Assembly (NCBI GenBank): GCA_963826715.1
Contig: CAWGYA010000008.1
Span: 544,001 to 608,000 of the forward strand
DNA: 64,000 nt
Direction: 5' to 3'
Source of the DNA: Candidatus Bathyarchaeota archaeon
GTDB lineage: Archaea; Thermoproteota; Bathyarchaeia; Bathyarchaeales; Bathycorpusculaceae
The first letter of the stretch is position 1. Each line of letters starts with the position of its first letter. The position numbers and the translations under genes were made by a program. The notes below the pieces were generated by a model. The model did not search any database, had not been told where the DNA came from, and worked only from the letters and a program-made list of their open reading frames with translations. Shown piece by piece: positions 19,962 to 31,049 of the stretch.

Positions 19962-20921
19962 TCACTCGCGCACCTCGACTGAATCAACTTTGCCATCGCC
20001 ATCCAAATCAAAACCACTAATAACAACTGCAAATGTATCTTCACCCTTATATTTCTCAAGGGTTTTCTTCCAAAAATTAGTCAAAGCTAGCACGCATGCC
20101 TTGGTCCCAACCGCCTTGTTACCCGCCAAAACAACGATTCGCTTTGAGCTATCCCACGGATTCACAATTTTCGCGACTACACCTGACATGTCAGAGGTAT
20201 AGATTTGACCCGTCTTTTTCGATGATAAGCCGCCCAATAAGAAGCCCTGAGGAGAGGACTGCATGATAAATTTGATGGGTAAATACTCGTTAATTTCCTG
20301 GGTTAAAAGGTTTGTTCCAGGACCACCAACCAAAATGAGATTGTTTTTTTCTTCCTTCTCAGCTTTCACATCAACGTCGAGCTTCACAACAAATTCTGTT
20401 GGCATCTTGGCGAATTGCCCCAAAAAGAGAGTTAAATGCGCCGCATAATGTCCATCGCGAGCGCTAGTTTTAAAGGGACCATGCGGTTGTGGACTCCCCA
20501 CCACGATTTTCCCATCAAATGTACCTTCCCTTATAAATTCCTTGAAGATTTTCTGCAGTTGATCGTTTAAACCCAGCATACAGAGGTTCTGTATAGGTTT
20601 ATAGCCATGAAGAAATTCTATGCCAAAAGCTGGCGAGACGGTTCTGTAGTATTTTGCTATAGCACCTTTCTTTTTCTCTTCGCGCACTACAATTATGGCA
20701 CCTGCTTTAGCGAGTTTTCTCACATGGTAGTACACTTTTTGTTCATGAGTACATAACAACTTGGCTATTTCTATGGGGTACATTTCTTTTTGGACGAGAA
20801 GCGTTAGAATTTTCCAGCTGAGGCTACCTAAGATGGTTTTTAGTTGAGAATTGGTTAACATACTGATTTCTTTGACTTGTTGGATATTACCGTCGTCTTG
20901 GAGGAGATATTTTTTGTCCAT
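19962..20921 (-). CDS. ArsR-like wHTH regulator with a C-terminal alpha/beta domain
   Basis: N-terminal MYPIEIAK...QKVYYHVRKL..AG. C-terminal NLILVGGPGTN and DLDGDG..D..E. Divergent from glmS. Confidence 0.75.
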   Translation of the reverse strand: MDKKYLLQDDGNIQQVKEISMLTNSQLKTILGSLSWKILTLLVQKEMYPIEIAKLLCTHEQKVYYHVRKLAKAGAIIVVREEKKKGAIAKYYRTVSPAFGIEFLHGYKPIQNLCMLGLNDQLQKIFKEFIREGTFDGKIVVGSPQPHGPFKTSARDGHYAAHLTLFLGQFAKMPTEFVVKLDVDVKAEKEEKNNLILVGGPGTNLLTQEINEYLPIKFIMQSSPQGFLLGGLSSKKTGQIYTSDMSGVVAKIVNPWDSSKRIVVLAGNKAVGTKACVLALTNFWKKTLEKYKGEDTFAVVISGFDLDGDGKVDSVEVRE

Positions 20922-21147
20922 AAGCGTTCATCACATTAACGTCGCTGGAACTATAAAAAATTTATTTATAACGGTCAAAAAATTAGAAAACACTATATCG
21001 GTAAGCGCCCTGGTTCTTATGGAATAAACAATAAAACACCTAAAAAAAATTTTTTAGTAGTATAACCTTAATGTTAAAAATCCTTATAACGAAACTCAGT
21101 CCTTCCATAATCAATAGCATATATCGTGACTGAAGGTTTAGAACAGA

Positions 21148-22980
21148 ATGTGTGGAATATTTGGTTGTGTTTTGAAAGAAGAAGACAATGCCGCCCCCCT
21201 AATTCATTCTTCTCTTAAACATCTCGAATACCGCGGCTACGACTCGGTCGGCATCGCCACCATAAGCTGCGGCAAGATCTTCATGAAAAAAGACCAAGGC
21301 AAAATCGATGAGGTCCACAAAATCCTAAACCTTGACGACTTACCAGGCAGCATAGGCATTGGGCACACCCGCTGGGCAACTCATGGGGCTCCCCTGAAAG
21401 TCAACAGTCACCCCCACATGGACTGCACGGGCGAAATTTCTGTCGTCCATAACGGAATCATCGAAAACTTCATCGAACTCAAAGCAGAACTGCAAAACCT
21501 CGGTCACATATTCGTCTCCAAAACCGACACCGAAGTAATGGCTCACCTCATCGAGGAAACCCAAAAACAAAATCCCAAACTCACCCTTCAACAGGCTGTT
21601 CTGGAAAGTCTAAAACGCATTGAAGGTTCTTACGCGTTTGCTATTCTGTCCACACGCGAACCAGACAAGATAATCTGTGCCCGAAACGAAAGCCCTCTGG
21701 TTCTGGGTATAAACCACAAGGGAGTTTTCTGCGCCTCAGACATCCCCGCGTTTTTAGCCGTCACAAACAAAGCCGTGATGATAAACAACGGTGAACTCGT
21801 CATCTTAACTAAAAAAGGCTATGAAATAAAGAAAATCCCCGATGGCAGCTCAATCACCCGAGAACCCATCACTATCGAATGGACTGCAGAGATGGCGGTT
21901 AAGCAAGGATATCCACATTTTATGATTAAAGAAATCCATGAACAACCCGAAACGCTACGCAATACGCTACGTATACAGGACCATTATTTAGATTTGCTGT
22001 CAACTTTCCTCGACCGCGCCAACGAAGTATTTCTTGTAGCATGCGGAACTAGCTACCATGCTTGCCTCGCAGCATCCTACATGTTTTCTAAACTCGCTTT
22101 TCTACCCACCTACCCTGTATATGCATCCGAGTTTCTGGAACAACATGGCAAATCCGTCAACATAGATAGCACCATCCTAGCCGTGAGCCAATCCGGTGAA
22201 ACGGCAGACACAATAGGCGCAGTTACATGTGCGCAACAACGGGCGGCAACAGTACTGAGCTTAACCAACGTTATAGGCTCCACTTTGACCCGAATTTCGC
22301 GTGTCTATATTGGCACGCAAGCCGGACCGGAAATTGGAGTTGCAGCCACTAAGACATTTACTTCTCAACTGTCAGTTTTAGCCCAACTAGCATTAAAGCT
22401 GGCAAAAAAAAGAGGCAAGGTTTCACAGGATGAAATTGACAGCCTTGAAGAAAACTTGCAGAAACTACCGGACATAACGAATATTATAGTTAACACACAG
22501 GAAGAGAAGATTAAGCAAATCGCTAAAAAATACGTTGATTCCAAAGTATTCTTCTTTTTAGGCAGAGGGATCAGCACCGCCACCGCCTTTGAAGGCAGAC
22601 TTAAACTAATGGAAATTGCATATATCCCCTCCATCGCGTTCCCCGCTGGCGAGAGCAAACATGGCCCAATCAGCCTCATCGAAGAAGGCTTTCCAGTAGT
22701 GTTTGTGTGCCCAAAAGACGACACCCACCGAACCATCATCGGCAACATCATGGAAATGAAAGCCAGAGGCGCCTATATCATCGCTTTAATTGAAGAAGGC
22801 GACAAGGATATCCAAGAACTAGCCGACGATTTCATCGAGGTACCCAAGGGCATTCCCTCAGTGCTTACGCCGATTCCCTACGCAGTGCCGCTTCAGCTAC
22901 TAGCTTATTATACGGCATTGGAGAAAGGCTTCAACCCAGATATGCCTCGGAACCTGGCGAAATCTGTTACAGTCAAGTAA
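21148..22980 (+). CDS. glmS: glutamine--fructose-6-phosphate transaminase
   Basis: MCGIFG, LEYRGYDS, GHTRWATHG, SQSGETAD, PRNLAKSVTV. Confidence 0.97.
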   Translation: MCGIFGCVLKEEDNAAPLIHSSLKHLEYRGYDSVGIATISCGKIFMKKDQGKIDEVHKILNLDDLPGSIGIGHTRWATHGAPLKVNSHPHMDCTGEISVVHNGIIENFIELKAELQNLGHIFVSKTDTEVMAHLIEETQKQNPKLTLQQAVLESLKRIEGSYAFAILSTREPDKIICARNESPLVLGINHKGVFCASDIPAFLAVTNKAVMINNGELVILTKKGYEIKKIPDGSSITREPITIEWTAEMAVKQGYPHFMIKEIHEQPETLRNTLRIQDHYLDLLSTFLDRANEVFLVACGTSYHACLAASYMFSKLAFLPTYPVYASEFLEQHGKSVNIDSTILAVSQSGETADTIGAVTCAQQRAATVLSLTNVIGSTLTRISRVYIGTQAGPEIGVAATKTFTSQLSVLAQLALKLAKKRGKVSQDEIDSLEENLQKLPDITNIIVNTQEEKIKQIAKKYVDSKVFFFLGRGISTATAFEGRLKLMEIAYIPSIAFPAGESKHGPISLIEEGFPVVFVCPKDDTHRTIIGNIMEMKARGAYIIALIEEGDKDIQELADDFIEVPKGIPSVLTPIPYAVPLQLLAYYTALEKGFNPDMPRNLAKSVTVK

Positions 22981-23157
22981 CCTCTAAATCCCATTTTCCG
23001 ATAACATTCATAGGCGGCGGAAAAGATGAGTGATATCTTATTGCGTGATATACTCCTTAAACAGTTCTAAAGAATACTACACACCTGCAACTAATGAGAA
23101 CCACCCACGTGGAAAAAGATGTACCGTCAAAAAATTCATCCACACAGATAAACAGAT

Positions 23158-24186
23158 TTAGCCGAACCACTTTTCCAATGAGACCTTGCCCTTCTGCTTC
23201 TTGCTACCCGCAGTCATCCTCTCCACTGATTTTTTGATGCGTTCCTCACCAAACTCCTTCTCAATCGACATAAACTCAATGAGACCTTTCTCGTTTGGTT
23301 CCTTCCATTCAAGGGTATAGACATCTGTAACTTTAGGACTTAAGAACTCTTCACGGATAAGTTTTGGCTCGCACGGAAAAGAAGCCTTTTTAATGAACGG
23401 CAATGCGTTTTCTATGGTGCCATGTTGGCGAATTAGTTTTAGAGCAGTTTTGGGTCCGATGCCTTCTATGCCATCGGGGTTAAAGTCTGTTCCAATTAGG
23501 ATACCCACATCAATGAATTGCTCATAACTTAAGTTACATTCGTTGAGAACCTTTCTTAACTCAATAACTTCAGGCAACACCTCGATAAAGGTCTTTCCAC
23601 GGCGTCGCCGCCCGGAGATAGTAACGTTGCGAAGAAGTTTTGGCGCTCCGAAAAGTAAGCTGTCGTAGTCTTGACTAGCACAAAAGTCGGCGTCGCCTTT
23701 CCTGTTCATGTATGCCGCCTGCGCTTCGCCTTCGCTGGGCGCCTGAATCCAAGGCAGCCCCAGCAAATCTAGGAGTTTTTTGCAGTCAGGCACCATATAG
23801 GGCTTCATTGTGGTTGCGATGGAAGCATACATGCGCATTTTCTCTCTATCACCGCTCGCCTGCGCCTTACCATATTGGACTGTTGCTTGGGCCTTGATTT
23901 GGTGACGTCGCTCAACCTCTTGAGCTTTCAATTCGGGGGACTTGCCGTCAAAAACATAGATAGGTTTCAACCCGAGCTCAACAAGGTTGGTGTTACGGTA
24001 GAATAGACCGCTAAGGTGACTGGTGACGTCGCCTTTGCTGTTTTTCAGCGGGGTACCATCAGGTTGGCGGATGATACTGAGGAACTGGTAGATGGTGTTG
24101 TATGCATCTATAGCTATAATTTTGCCGCCGAGGTCTTCAAGTTTAACGGGGTTTTTAGGGATGAGATCTTTGAAGTTTACACCCAA
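23158..24186 (-). CDS. fen: flap endonuclease 1
   Basis: MGV, IDAYN..YQFL, TSHLSG, APSEGEAQ, SQDYD, GTDFN, C-terminal PIP-like SLEKWF. Confidence 0.96.
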   Translation of the reverse strand: MGVNFKDLIPKNPVKLEDLGGKIIAIDAYNTIYQFLSIIRQPDGTPLKNSKGDVTSHLSGLFYRNTNLVELGLKPIYVFDGKSPELKAQEVERRHQIKAQATVQYGKAQASGDREKMRMYASIATTMKPYMVPDCKKLLDLLGLPWIQAPSEGEAQAAYMNRKGDADFCASQDYDSLLFGAPKLLRNVTISGRRRRGKTFIEVLPEVIELRKVLNECNLSYEQFIDVGILIGTDFNPDGIEGIGPKTALKLIRQHGTIENALPFIKKASFPCEPKLIREEFLSPKVTDVYTLEWKEPNEKGLIEFMSIEKEFGEERIKKSVERMTAGSKKQKGKVSLEKWFG

Positions 24187-24641
24187 GATACTACCACATA
24201 TATGATTAGGTAAAAAAGAAGTTAAAGAGGATTACGAAAATGCCCGACTTACTTGTGCTGCACACTTTTTTTGATGACTCCTAAAGTCTTACGCAAACTC
24301 AACACTCACCCACAACCACAACCTGACACATTTTGCATATGAACCATGTTGGAAGTGGGAGAAAAACGCAGACCCCACAACCCAACAGACCATGAAAAAG
24401 ATTGTAACTACAAAAAGAAGCTTCCTGCAAACGCATTTTTGTGAAAAATTTAGAAGCGCCACAACCACACAAAGACAAAAAAGCAATTGACACTTGTTTG
24501 AGAAGATTCCCCCTCAATAAACAGCAAAAAAGTCTCTATTCGCATCCTCAGCGTTTTTTTCAAAACCGCAATTTTATGCCCGCCCGCTGGACTATTATTT
24601 CCTCGAGAGAAGTGCAGCTCACTTCCAAATCGAAAAGAACA

Positions 24642-25022
24642 TCACTCATCAGAGGGAATATAGTTTTTCGCTAAATCTCTTCGCCGGTTAAGTTGCTCAA
24701 TTAACACTTCACGTATCATGTCACACGCTTGGCTGATTTTTGGGCTTGCAACTCGATAGTAGATGTTTGAGCCTTCCTTTCGGGTTTTGACGAGTTCCCG
24801 CTGCCTCAGTATGGATAAATGTTGTGAAATATTCGATTGGCTGGCACCAATGATTTCAACAAGTGCATTAACGGTTTTTTCGCCGGTCTTTAGGTAGTGA
24901 AGAATTGCTACTCTTATGGGGTGAGCAATGGTTTTTGAGACCTGTGCTTGCATCTCATAGATTGTCATATCTAAGGGTTTTTCCGACATCAAATTGCACC
25001 CTGAATTCGAATATCCTAACAC
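24642..25022 (-). CDS. ArsR/SmtB-family repressor
   Basis: AHPIRVAIL, SQSNISQHL, RKEG..IYY. Start probably 24989. Confidence 0.9.
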   Translation of the reverse strand: MLGYSNSGCNLMSEKPLDMTIYEMQAQVSKTIAHPIRVAILHYLKTGEKTVNALVEIIGASQSNISQHLSILRQRELVKTRKEGSNIYYRVASPKISQACDMIREVLIEQLNRRRDLAKNYIPSDE

Positions 25023-25200
25023 TTTTTTCGCCTATTAAATTTGTATGTAAACACAAACAAAAATGGGAAAAAAGCCCTTTTGCTCTGGATATCTCCCAGT
25101 CAAAACCAACGCCACAACCCAAAGCGGTTAGAAAGTATACAGATTAAGAAAAAATGCAGTAGAGGCGCTACCGCTCTGCCTGCACATAAAAAAAGAAAAG

Positions 25201-25434
25201 CTACTGAACAAGTTCGATTCTACGTTTACCCCGGGCCATTGAAGAAGTGCGGATTTTGCCGCTGACTTCGAGATTAAGCAGCAACCCATTAAAGTCCTTA
25301 AACCCTAAATCTTCATATTCGTGTTTAAGCTGCTCGTATAGGTCATCATCTGTCATGTCGCCTTTCTTCTGCAAAATTTCCAACATGTAGAAGTAAGCAG
25401 GGCGTGTTTTCCAAGTTTTCATTTGCGGCATCAA
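25201..25434 (-). CDS. small wHTH protein downstream of cdc48
   Basis: 77 aa; LL.LEVSGKI pattern; co-oriented with cdc48. Confidence 0.7.
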   Translation of the reverse strand: MMPQMKTWKTRPAYFYMLEILQKKGDMTDDDLYEQLKHEYEDLGFKDFNGLLLNLEVSGKIRTSSMARGKRRIELVQ

Positions 25435-25446
25435 GTATTCCTTCTA

Positions 25447-27618
25447 TTATGCAACTGGGGTTTGTGGCTTTTGTACTTGTCGGATTTGCTGCATGAAACT
25501 CTTGTACCACTTTTCCATATCTGGAGTTATTGAAGGACCCATCTCTTTGAGGGCATCTTGGAAATCTTTCATTGTAACTTCAACGGCGTTCACGTCTCGA
25601 CGCAACGAATGCATCGCAGCCTCACGACATAATGATTCTATGTCAGCGCCAGAATAGTATTTTGTCATAGTCGCCAGCTGGTTAACGTCAACGTCCTTGG
25701 TAATGGGCATACCCTTCGTATAGAGCTTTAAGATCTGAATTCGGCTTTTGTCGTCGGGCTCCGGCACATAGATCAAACGATCAAAGCGTCCAGGTCGAAT
25801 GACAGCTGAATCAACCATGTCAGGTCTGTTGGTTGCCGCGATAACAACGATATCCTGTAAACTAGTTAGCCCATCCATTTCGGTCAGCAGCTGACTAATC
25901 ACGCGTTCTGAAACACCACTATCAGACATACCCATGCCACGACGGGGTGTTAAGGAATCGATTTCGTCCAGAAATATCACTGCAGGTGCTGCCATGCGCG
26001 CTTTTCGGAAGACTTCACGGATGGCTTTTTCGGATTCACCGACCCACTTACTGAAAACCTCGGGACCCTTAATCGAGATAAAATTTGCTTCGCTTTCCGT
26101 TGCGACGGCACGCGCCAACAACGTTTTTCCACAACCAGGTGGACCGTACATCAAAATACCCCTGGGTGGCCGAATACCTAATCGGGTGAACATTTCAGGG
26201 TTCTTGAGAGGCCACTCAACGGCTTCTTTAAGATGCTGTTTGACATCGTCTAGACCGCCTGCATCATCCCAATGGACTGTAGATACCTCGATATAGACCT
26301 CACGCATAGCGGTTGGTGTGACTTCTTTATAGGCTCCTAAGAAATCATCCATCGTGACTTCCATCTTTTCCAATACCGCAGGTGGGATGCGTTCTTCTTC
26401 AAGGTTGATCTGCGGCAGATACCTCCGCAGTGCTTTCATTGCAGTTTCTCTACCCAAGGCGGAGAGATCGGCACCTGTATAGCCATGGGTCATACCTGAC
26501 AGCTTGTTGAGATCAACATCTTCTGAAAGCGGCATACCTCTTGTGTGTATCTGGAGAACTTCGTGACGTCCTTGCTTATCGGGAACACTAATTTCGATTT
26601 CACGGTCGAATCTTCCGGGTCTGCGCAATGCAGGGTCAAGAGCTCCGGGGCGGTTGGTTGCACCTATAACAATTACGTTTCCTCGTCCAGATAAGCCATC
26701 CATAAGGGCGAGAAGTTGAGCAACTACTCGTCTCTCGACCTCACCGGTAACCTCTTCTCTTTTAGGAGCGATGGCATCGAGCTCGTCAACGAAAATAATG
26801 CTTGGAGAGTTTTGTTGGGCTTGCTGGAAGATTTCGCGAAGACGAGCTTCTGATTCACCATAGAATTTGCTCATGATTTCGGGACCGTTGATACTGTAGA
26901 AGTTAGCTTCTGATTCGTTAGCAACTGCGCGTGCTAGTAATGTTTTGCCGCATCCTGGAGGACCATGCAATAGCACTCCTTTGGGCGGTTCGATGCCAAG
27001 GCGCTGGAAAAGTTCGGGGTGACGCAGAGGAAGTTCCACCATTTCTCGAACGCGTTGGATTTCTTCGTGTAATCCCCCAATGTCCTCATAGTTTGTTCGG
27101 GGCAACCCTTTGCCCTCAGGAGCTGGTTCGTTAAGGATAGTTAGGCGAGTTTCGGTTGTTACTTTGATAATGCCATGAGGTCGAGTTTTGGAGACTGTAA
27201 AGGGAATGGCGTGTCCCAACATCATGACCAATGTTGTGTCGCCTTCTACTAGTGTGCGTTCCATGAGACGGTTTTTAACAAAGTTTGTAAAATCCTCATC
27301 TACATTTAGGCGCATATCCACTGGCGCCAGCGTCAACGACAGCGCTGTTTTAACTTTTGCTGGACGAACCACGACGTATTCGTTAATGGCTACGCCGCTG
27401 TTCTTACGGGTGAAGCCGTCAATGCGTATTATATCACGATTTTGATCTTCACTGTAGGCTGGCCAAGCAATAGCACTTGTAGTGCGTTTGTTAACAATTT
27501 CAATTACATCTCCAGCGCTAATGCCAAGTTTCTGCATCGTACGTTGGTCGATACGGGCAATTCCCCTGCCAACATCTCTTTGGCGTGCGTCTCCGACGCG
27601 CAATTGAACTTCACTCAT
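25447..27618 (-). CDS. cdc48: CDC48/VCP AAA+ ATPase
   Basis: N-domain plus two AAA modules (GPPGCGKT twice, RPGRFDR twice). Confidence 0.97.
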   Translation of the reverse strand: MSEVQLRVGDARQRDVGRGIARIDQRTMQKLGISAGDVIEIVNKRTTSAIAWPAYSEDQNRDIIRIDGFTRKNSGVAINEYVVVRPAKVKTALSLTLAPVDMRLNVDEDFTNFVKNRLMERTLVEGDTTLVMMLGHAIPFTVSKTRPHGIIKVTTETRLTILNEPAPEGKGLPRTNYEDIGGLHEEIQRVREMVELPLRHPELFQRLGIEPPKGVLLHGPPGCGKTLLARAVANESEANFYSINGPEIMSKFYGESEARLREIFQQAQQNSPSIIFVDELDAIAPKREEVTGEVERRVVAQLLALMDGLSGRGNVIVIGATNRPGALDPALRRPGRFDREIEISVPDKQGRHEVLQIHTRGMPLSEDVDLNKLSGMTHGYTGADLSALGRETAMKALRRYLPQINLEEERIPPAVLEKMEVTMDDFLGAYKEVTPTAMREVYIEVSTVHWDDAGGLDDVKQHLKEAVEWPLKNPEMFTRLGIRPPRGILMYGPPGCGKTLLARAVATESEANFISIKGPEVFSKWVGESEKAIREVFRKARMAAPAVIFLDEIDSLTPRRGMGMSDSGVSERVISQLLTEMDGLTSLQDIVVIAATNRPDMVDSAVIRPGRFDRLIYVPEPDDKSRIQILKLYTKGMPITKDVDVNQLATMTKYYSGADIESLCREAAMHSLRRDVNAVEVTMKDFQDALKEMGPSITPDMEKWYKSFMQQIRQVQKPQTPVA

Positions 27619-27758
27619 TCAGAATTTCTCTCCAAATAACTTGTGTCCTTAGACGTGTGGTTGAAAATAGATTGTTATATATAAACTTTAAAGCGTAGCC
27701 ATCAAAACATTCAGTCATTGCTTAAAGAATAATTGAGGGATTTCTGGATAAAACCAGT

Positions 27759-28037
27759 TTAATCTCGGCTAGTTCTGCGGATGTTGAAACTTTGTGCTTG
27801 GCTTACACTAGGAATTTTGCTTAGCGCAGTTTCAAATTCGTCAACGATCCCCATTTTGTCTTCAGGGAATCGCACCTGAACAAGCAGAGCTTTGAGTCCA
27901 AAGGCTACATCTTCGGTGCCCCAGCCCTCAATTGAGCTGTGTTCTGGAAGAATGGCTTTGATTTTCTCTTTGAGAGGCTCAAAATCTTCAACGATGTCTT
28001 CGGGAAAGACCTTGTAGACTACAAGAATAGCGCCCAT
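27759..28037 (-). CDS. ef1b: elongation factor 1-beta
   Basis: MGAILVVYKVFPE...EDVAFGLKAL. The longer ORF-track version is an artefact overlapping the next gene. Confidence 0.9.
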   Translation of the reverse strand: MGAILVVYKVFPEDIVEDFEPLKEKIKAILPEHSSIEGWGTEDVAFGLKALLVQVRFPEDKMGIVDEFETALSKIPSVSQAQSFNIRRTSRD

Positions 28038-28053
28038 ATGTGTTTTCTCCGGC

Positions 28054-28242
28054 TTATGGTCCCTGGAAACCACATTTGGGACATCGATAAAGTCTGCCGA
28101 ATTTTCGGCACTTTCCATCGCGTTTGATTTGGATTTCGCCGCAGTTTGGGCACAGGAACTTTGTGGATTCGCTACCTGGCGGGATTGGTTTTCCGCAACT
28201 TGTACACGTGACAAGAGACAGTTTTTCGGACATAACTGACAC
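28054..28242 (-). CDS. Zn-ribbon RNA-binding protein (DUF1610/HVO_2753-like)
   Basis: CTSCG, FLCPNCGE, YRCPKCGFQGP; conserved neighbour of EF-1beta. Confidence 0.9.
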   Translation of the reverse strand: MSVMSEKLSLVTCTSCGKPIPPGSESTKFLCPNCGEIQIKRDGKCRKFGRLYRCPKCGFQGP

Positions 28243-28639
28243 TTCTTTGCCGAAATATTAACGGGGTTGCTTATAACTGCTATGCTCAAAAAAATAGATA
28301 AACGGGTAAAAACCTGTTTAACTGTTTTTTTGAGAGACAATATTAAGAAATACACTTACAAATCAAGCAATCGACAGTCATTATTTTTTCAATGATTATT
28401 TGAGAGTTCTGCTAAAAATTTTCATGATCACTTTGTCAATAAACAAAAAATTTAAAAGCTATTCGCCATATCCGAAGTACCCACGTAAGTTTATACACAA
28501 AAGTCGAGATTAAAAAATAGTTTAGCAATTAAAATCACAACTAATAAAAAATTCTTAAAAAACGCTGAATTCAACTTGAATTTTATTTTCATTCGTTAAC
28601 CCAATCTAGATGCAGTATCCCAGCATTTTAAGAGTTCAG

Positions 28640-29071
28640 TTATCGGCTATAGTCTCTGCCTTCAAGTTTGCCATTTGGGGACTTCGCTCCACCTTGAGGA
28701 ATCTGGGGCAGCGGAATCGGAGGTGGAATATTTAGGGTTCGAGAAATGAGAACGGATTCAATGAAAACCACGTTCGATATAGATTGCATGATTATTGGTG
28801 CAGGCGGTTTCTTTTGATCGTAATCTTTGAGAATTTGGTTGATTTCCTCTTTTTCACCCAAAACGTATGCAGTACCTTTGAGACTGAGTTGCGCGATAGA
28901 AGGGTTGTATATTATTGAAAGTATAAAAGGCACTTCGAGAGATTCATCCTGCTTCTTTTCCATGCCCACGATGTTAATGTTGGTGTTGATTTGGATGGGG
29001 GGAATGGGCTTATGAATATCCCAGAAGCGTTCAGCTGAGATGTTTGAAATTGAAACATTTACTCTAAGCAT
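28640..29071 (-). CDS. conserved archaeal hypothetical protein
   Basis: 143 aa, co-oriented after S27ae; PPPIPLP C-terminal motif. Confidence 0.75.
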   Translation of the reverse strand: MLRVNVSISNISAERFWDIHKPIPPIQINTNINIVGMEKKQDESLEVPFILSIIYNPSIAQLSLKGTAYVLGEKEEINQILKDYDQKKPPAPIIMQSISNVVFIESVLISRTLNIPPPIPLPQIPQGGAKSPNGKLEGRDYSR

Positions 29072-29115
29072 GATAAGTCAAAAAAGAATAGTGTAGTTGG
29101 GGGATTTAAAACTGC

Positions 29116-29334
29116 TTATTTCTGCTTATAACGCGTAAAACCACAGTGGCCACAAGTATAACGGTCGTGGTGGTCTGCCATAAAGTAGCCAGGACCACAA
29201 CGTTCGCATGTTGGACGCGCACGTGTAACCTTGTTGCCGTCCACTTTATACATTTCATGGACGCCCTTCTCTTCTTTTTTGGAACTTTTTCCCTTCTCAG
29301 CTTTTGCGGGGGCAGCATCAGGCTTCTTGGACAT
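29116..29334 (-). CDS. rps27ae: 30S ribosomal protein S27ae
   Basis: CERCGPGYFMADHHDRYTCGHCGFT. Confidence 0.95.
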   Translation of the reverse strand: MSKKPDAAPAKAEKGKSSKKEEKGVHEMYKVDGNKVTRARPTCERCGPGYFMADHHDRYTCGHCGFTRYKQK

Positions 29335-29645
29335 TATGCGTTCCCCTCGTCTTTAGCTTTCTCTGGTGGGTTATTTCGTTTGCGTATGTATTCGGGTTCA
29401 ACTATGTTCGCTTGGGCAACGGATTCATAAACATTCGCCACACCTACAGTTATGCTGGTTCCAGTTTTAGTACGCATATGTTTTATGAAAATAACATCAG
29501 TCCCAAGTTTCATTTCCATGGCAACGGATTTCCTGACTTCCAGCCTTGGAGGCGTTTTCTCTTTTGGACCCTGAATAATTGTGAAGCCTACTTCTTTCCG
29601 TTTTAGAAGAGGATTATCCTTGGTTGATTCAATTTTGACTTGCAT
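29334..29645 (-). CDS. rps24e: 30S ribosomal protein S24e
   Basis: NPLLKRKEV, TPPR.EV, G.ANVY, EPEYI..RN. Confidence 0.95.
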   Translation of the reverse strand: MQVKIESTKDNPLLKRKEVGFTIIQGPKEKTPPRLEVRKSVAMEMKLGTDVIFIKHMRTKTGTSITVGVANVYESVAQANIVEPEYIRKRNNPPEKAKDEGNA

Positions 29646-29698
29646 TAATCTTCACTTAAGGCGTAAGTTCATACAATGATCAAGCTTATTTAGCTTTT

Positions 29699-30217
29699 CT
29701 AAGCTTTCATCTCTTTTAGGAACTCTTTTACCTGAGCTTTCTTCTCAACCGATGCAAAAACCACCACAATGCCGACACATGGCTGCCCATAAATCACAAA
29801 ACTGTTTTCAGGAGCATACAAAACGGAAGCCAGCGCCAATAAGTCCTCTTCACCATCCACCACAATATGTGTGTGCACATTCGTTTCTAACGCAGCCTTA
29901 ACAGCGGAGAGCGCTTCGTCAGTTATCGTTCCCTGTGGATTTTTTACATAAACCGTTTTCTCTACGGGCGATTCTTTTGGAATAACTTGATTACGTCGAG
30001 AAATGTAATCAATTATACTTAGATGCGGGTGAATATTACCGTCATGAAGGTTCTTAGAAACTACATCACCCACTGACACGATCAAAGGCGGCTTCTCATC
30101 CAAAATCAGTCTTTTAAGTTGGCTCATTGTTTGTTGTCTTGTGCCCTCAATTAAAGTTCCAAACGGTTCTTTAAGAAACACCCGCAAGCGCTCAGTAAGA
30201 AGGAACATGATCTTCAA
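29699..30217 (-). CDS. GTP-dependent dephospho-CoA kinase (DUF359)
   Basis: LKEPFG, SVGDVVS, NPQGTIT, VDGEEDL, YGQP..G. Confidence 0.9.
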   Translation of the reverse strand: MKIMFLLTERLRVFLKEPFGTLIEGTRQQTMSQLKRLILDEKPPLIVSVGDVVSKNLHDGNIHPHLSIIDYISRRNQVIPKESPVEKTVYVKNPQGTITDEALSAVKAALETNVHTHIVVDGEEDLLALASVLYAPENSFVIYGQPCVGIVVVFASVEKKAQVKEFLKEMKA

Positions 30218-30269
30218 TGTTTAAACCTTATAAAATAGAAAGAAACAGCTAAGCTAAGAAGCTATTGCG

Positions 30270-30455
30270 TTAACGAACTTTAAGTGCGTATCTTCCTTTC
30301 TCTTTAATGTTCATTGCCTTAGCAATGCCACTATGCTCGGGGTCAAACATAATCACCAAGCCACTGTAGTCCTCGCTAAAACTTGTAGATTTACATTTTG
30401 GACAAACATTCTCTTTAGTAATGAAATGACAGATAGTACATGCTTTTTCGCTCAT
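30270..30455 (-). CDS. spt4: transcription elongation factor Spt4 (RpoE'')
   Basis: KACTIC, CPKC, DPEHS.IA, GRYALKVR. Confidence 0.95.
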   Translation of the reverse strand: MSEKACTICHFITKENVCPKCKSTSFSEDYSGLVIMFDPEHSGIAKAMNIKEKGRYALKVR

Positions 30456-30467
30456 CCTTCAATTCTC

Positions 30468-31049
30468 CTATGCTGCCTTCTCAGGACTCTCTGGATTCTT
30501 GGCCTCGCCTTCTTGATCCATCTTGAGCCAATCTAGCTTTCCCAGAAAAGGCTGCCTTGCTGTAACACCGATTTTGCCGCTACTGCCTACTCTGCCTAAA
30601 GAAACCGCGGTTATTCGGACACGAACTTGATCTCCCGAACTGAGTTTTCGTTTAGTTTCTTTTCCCAATAGAACACCCTGTTTTTCGTCATAGGATATGT
30701 AATCATCCATAAGTTGCGAAACATGGAGTAAAGCATCGACGGGTCCAATTCGGACAAATGCGCCGAAGTCAGCGATTTCAACTACGTCTCCTTCCACAAC
30801 TTCTTGTATGATAGGATAAAAAGTTAACAGAGAAAAGTTTACTTTATGGTAGGTTGCGCCGTCGCCTGGAATGATTTTACCAATTGGACTAACCTCTATT
30901 CCTGTAACAGCAATAACATAACCTAGTTCTTCATCCACTATACCTTCATACTTATGTTTCACTTGGTCACGACCCACTTTCTCAAGTGGGTTGCCAAATG
31001 TTTCAGGCGGGATGCGAATTGTATCTTGAAGAGTAATCAGTTTGAACAT
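30468..31049 (-). CDS. rpo7: RNA polymerase subunit Rpo7 (RpoE')
   Basis: DTIRIPP..FG, IPGDGA, S1 domain FGAFVRIGP, T.RQPFLGK..W. Confidence 0.96.
   Translation of the reverse strand: MFKLITLQDTIRIPPETFGNPLEKVGRDQVKHKYEGIVDEELGYVIAVTGIEVSPIGKIIPGDGATYHKVNFSLLTFYPIIQEVVEGDVVEIADFGAFVRIGPVDALLHVSQLMDDYISYDEKQGVLLGKETKRKLSSGDQVRVRITAVSLGRVGSSGKIGVTARQPFLGKLDWLKMDQEGEAKNPESPEKAA

Noticed and set aside
24190-24640. A/C-rich region with several short overlapping ORFs downstream of the ArsR gene
   Set aside because: No recognisable motif and no regular repeat. It may be a gene remnant, but I cannot support a call.
28038-28355. N-terminal extension making EF-1beta 198 aa
   Set aside because: The extension overlaps the real Zn-ribbon gene in another frame; EF-1beta homology starts at ATG 28037.
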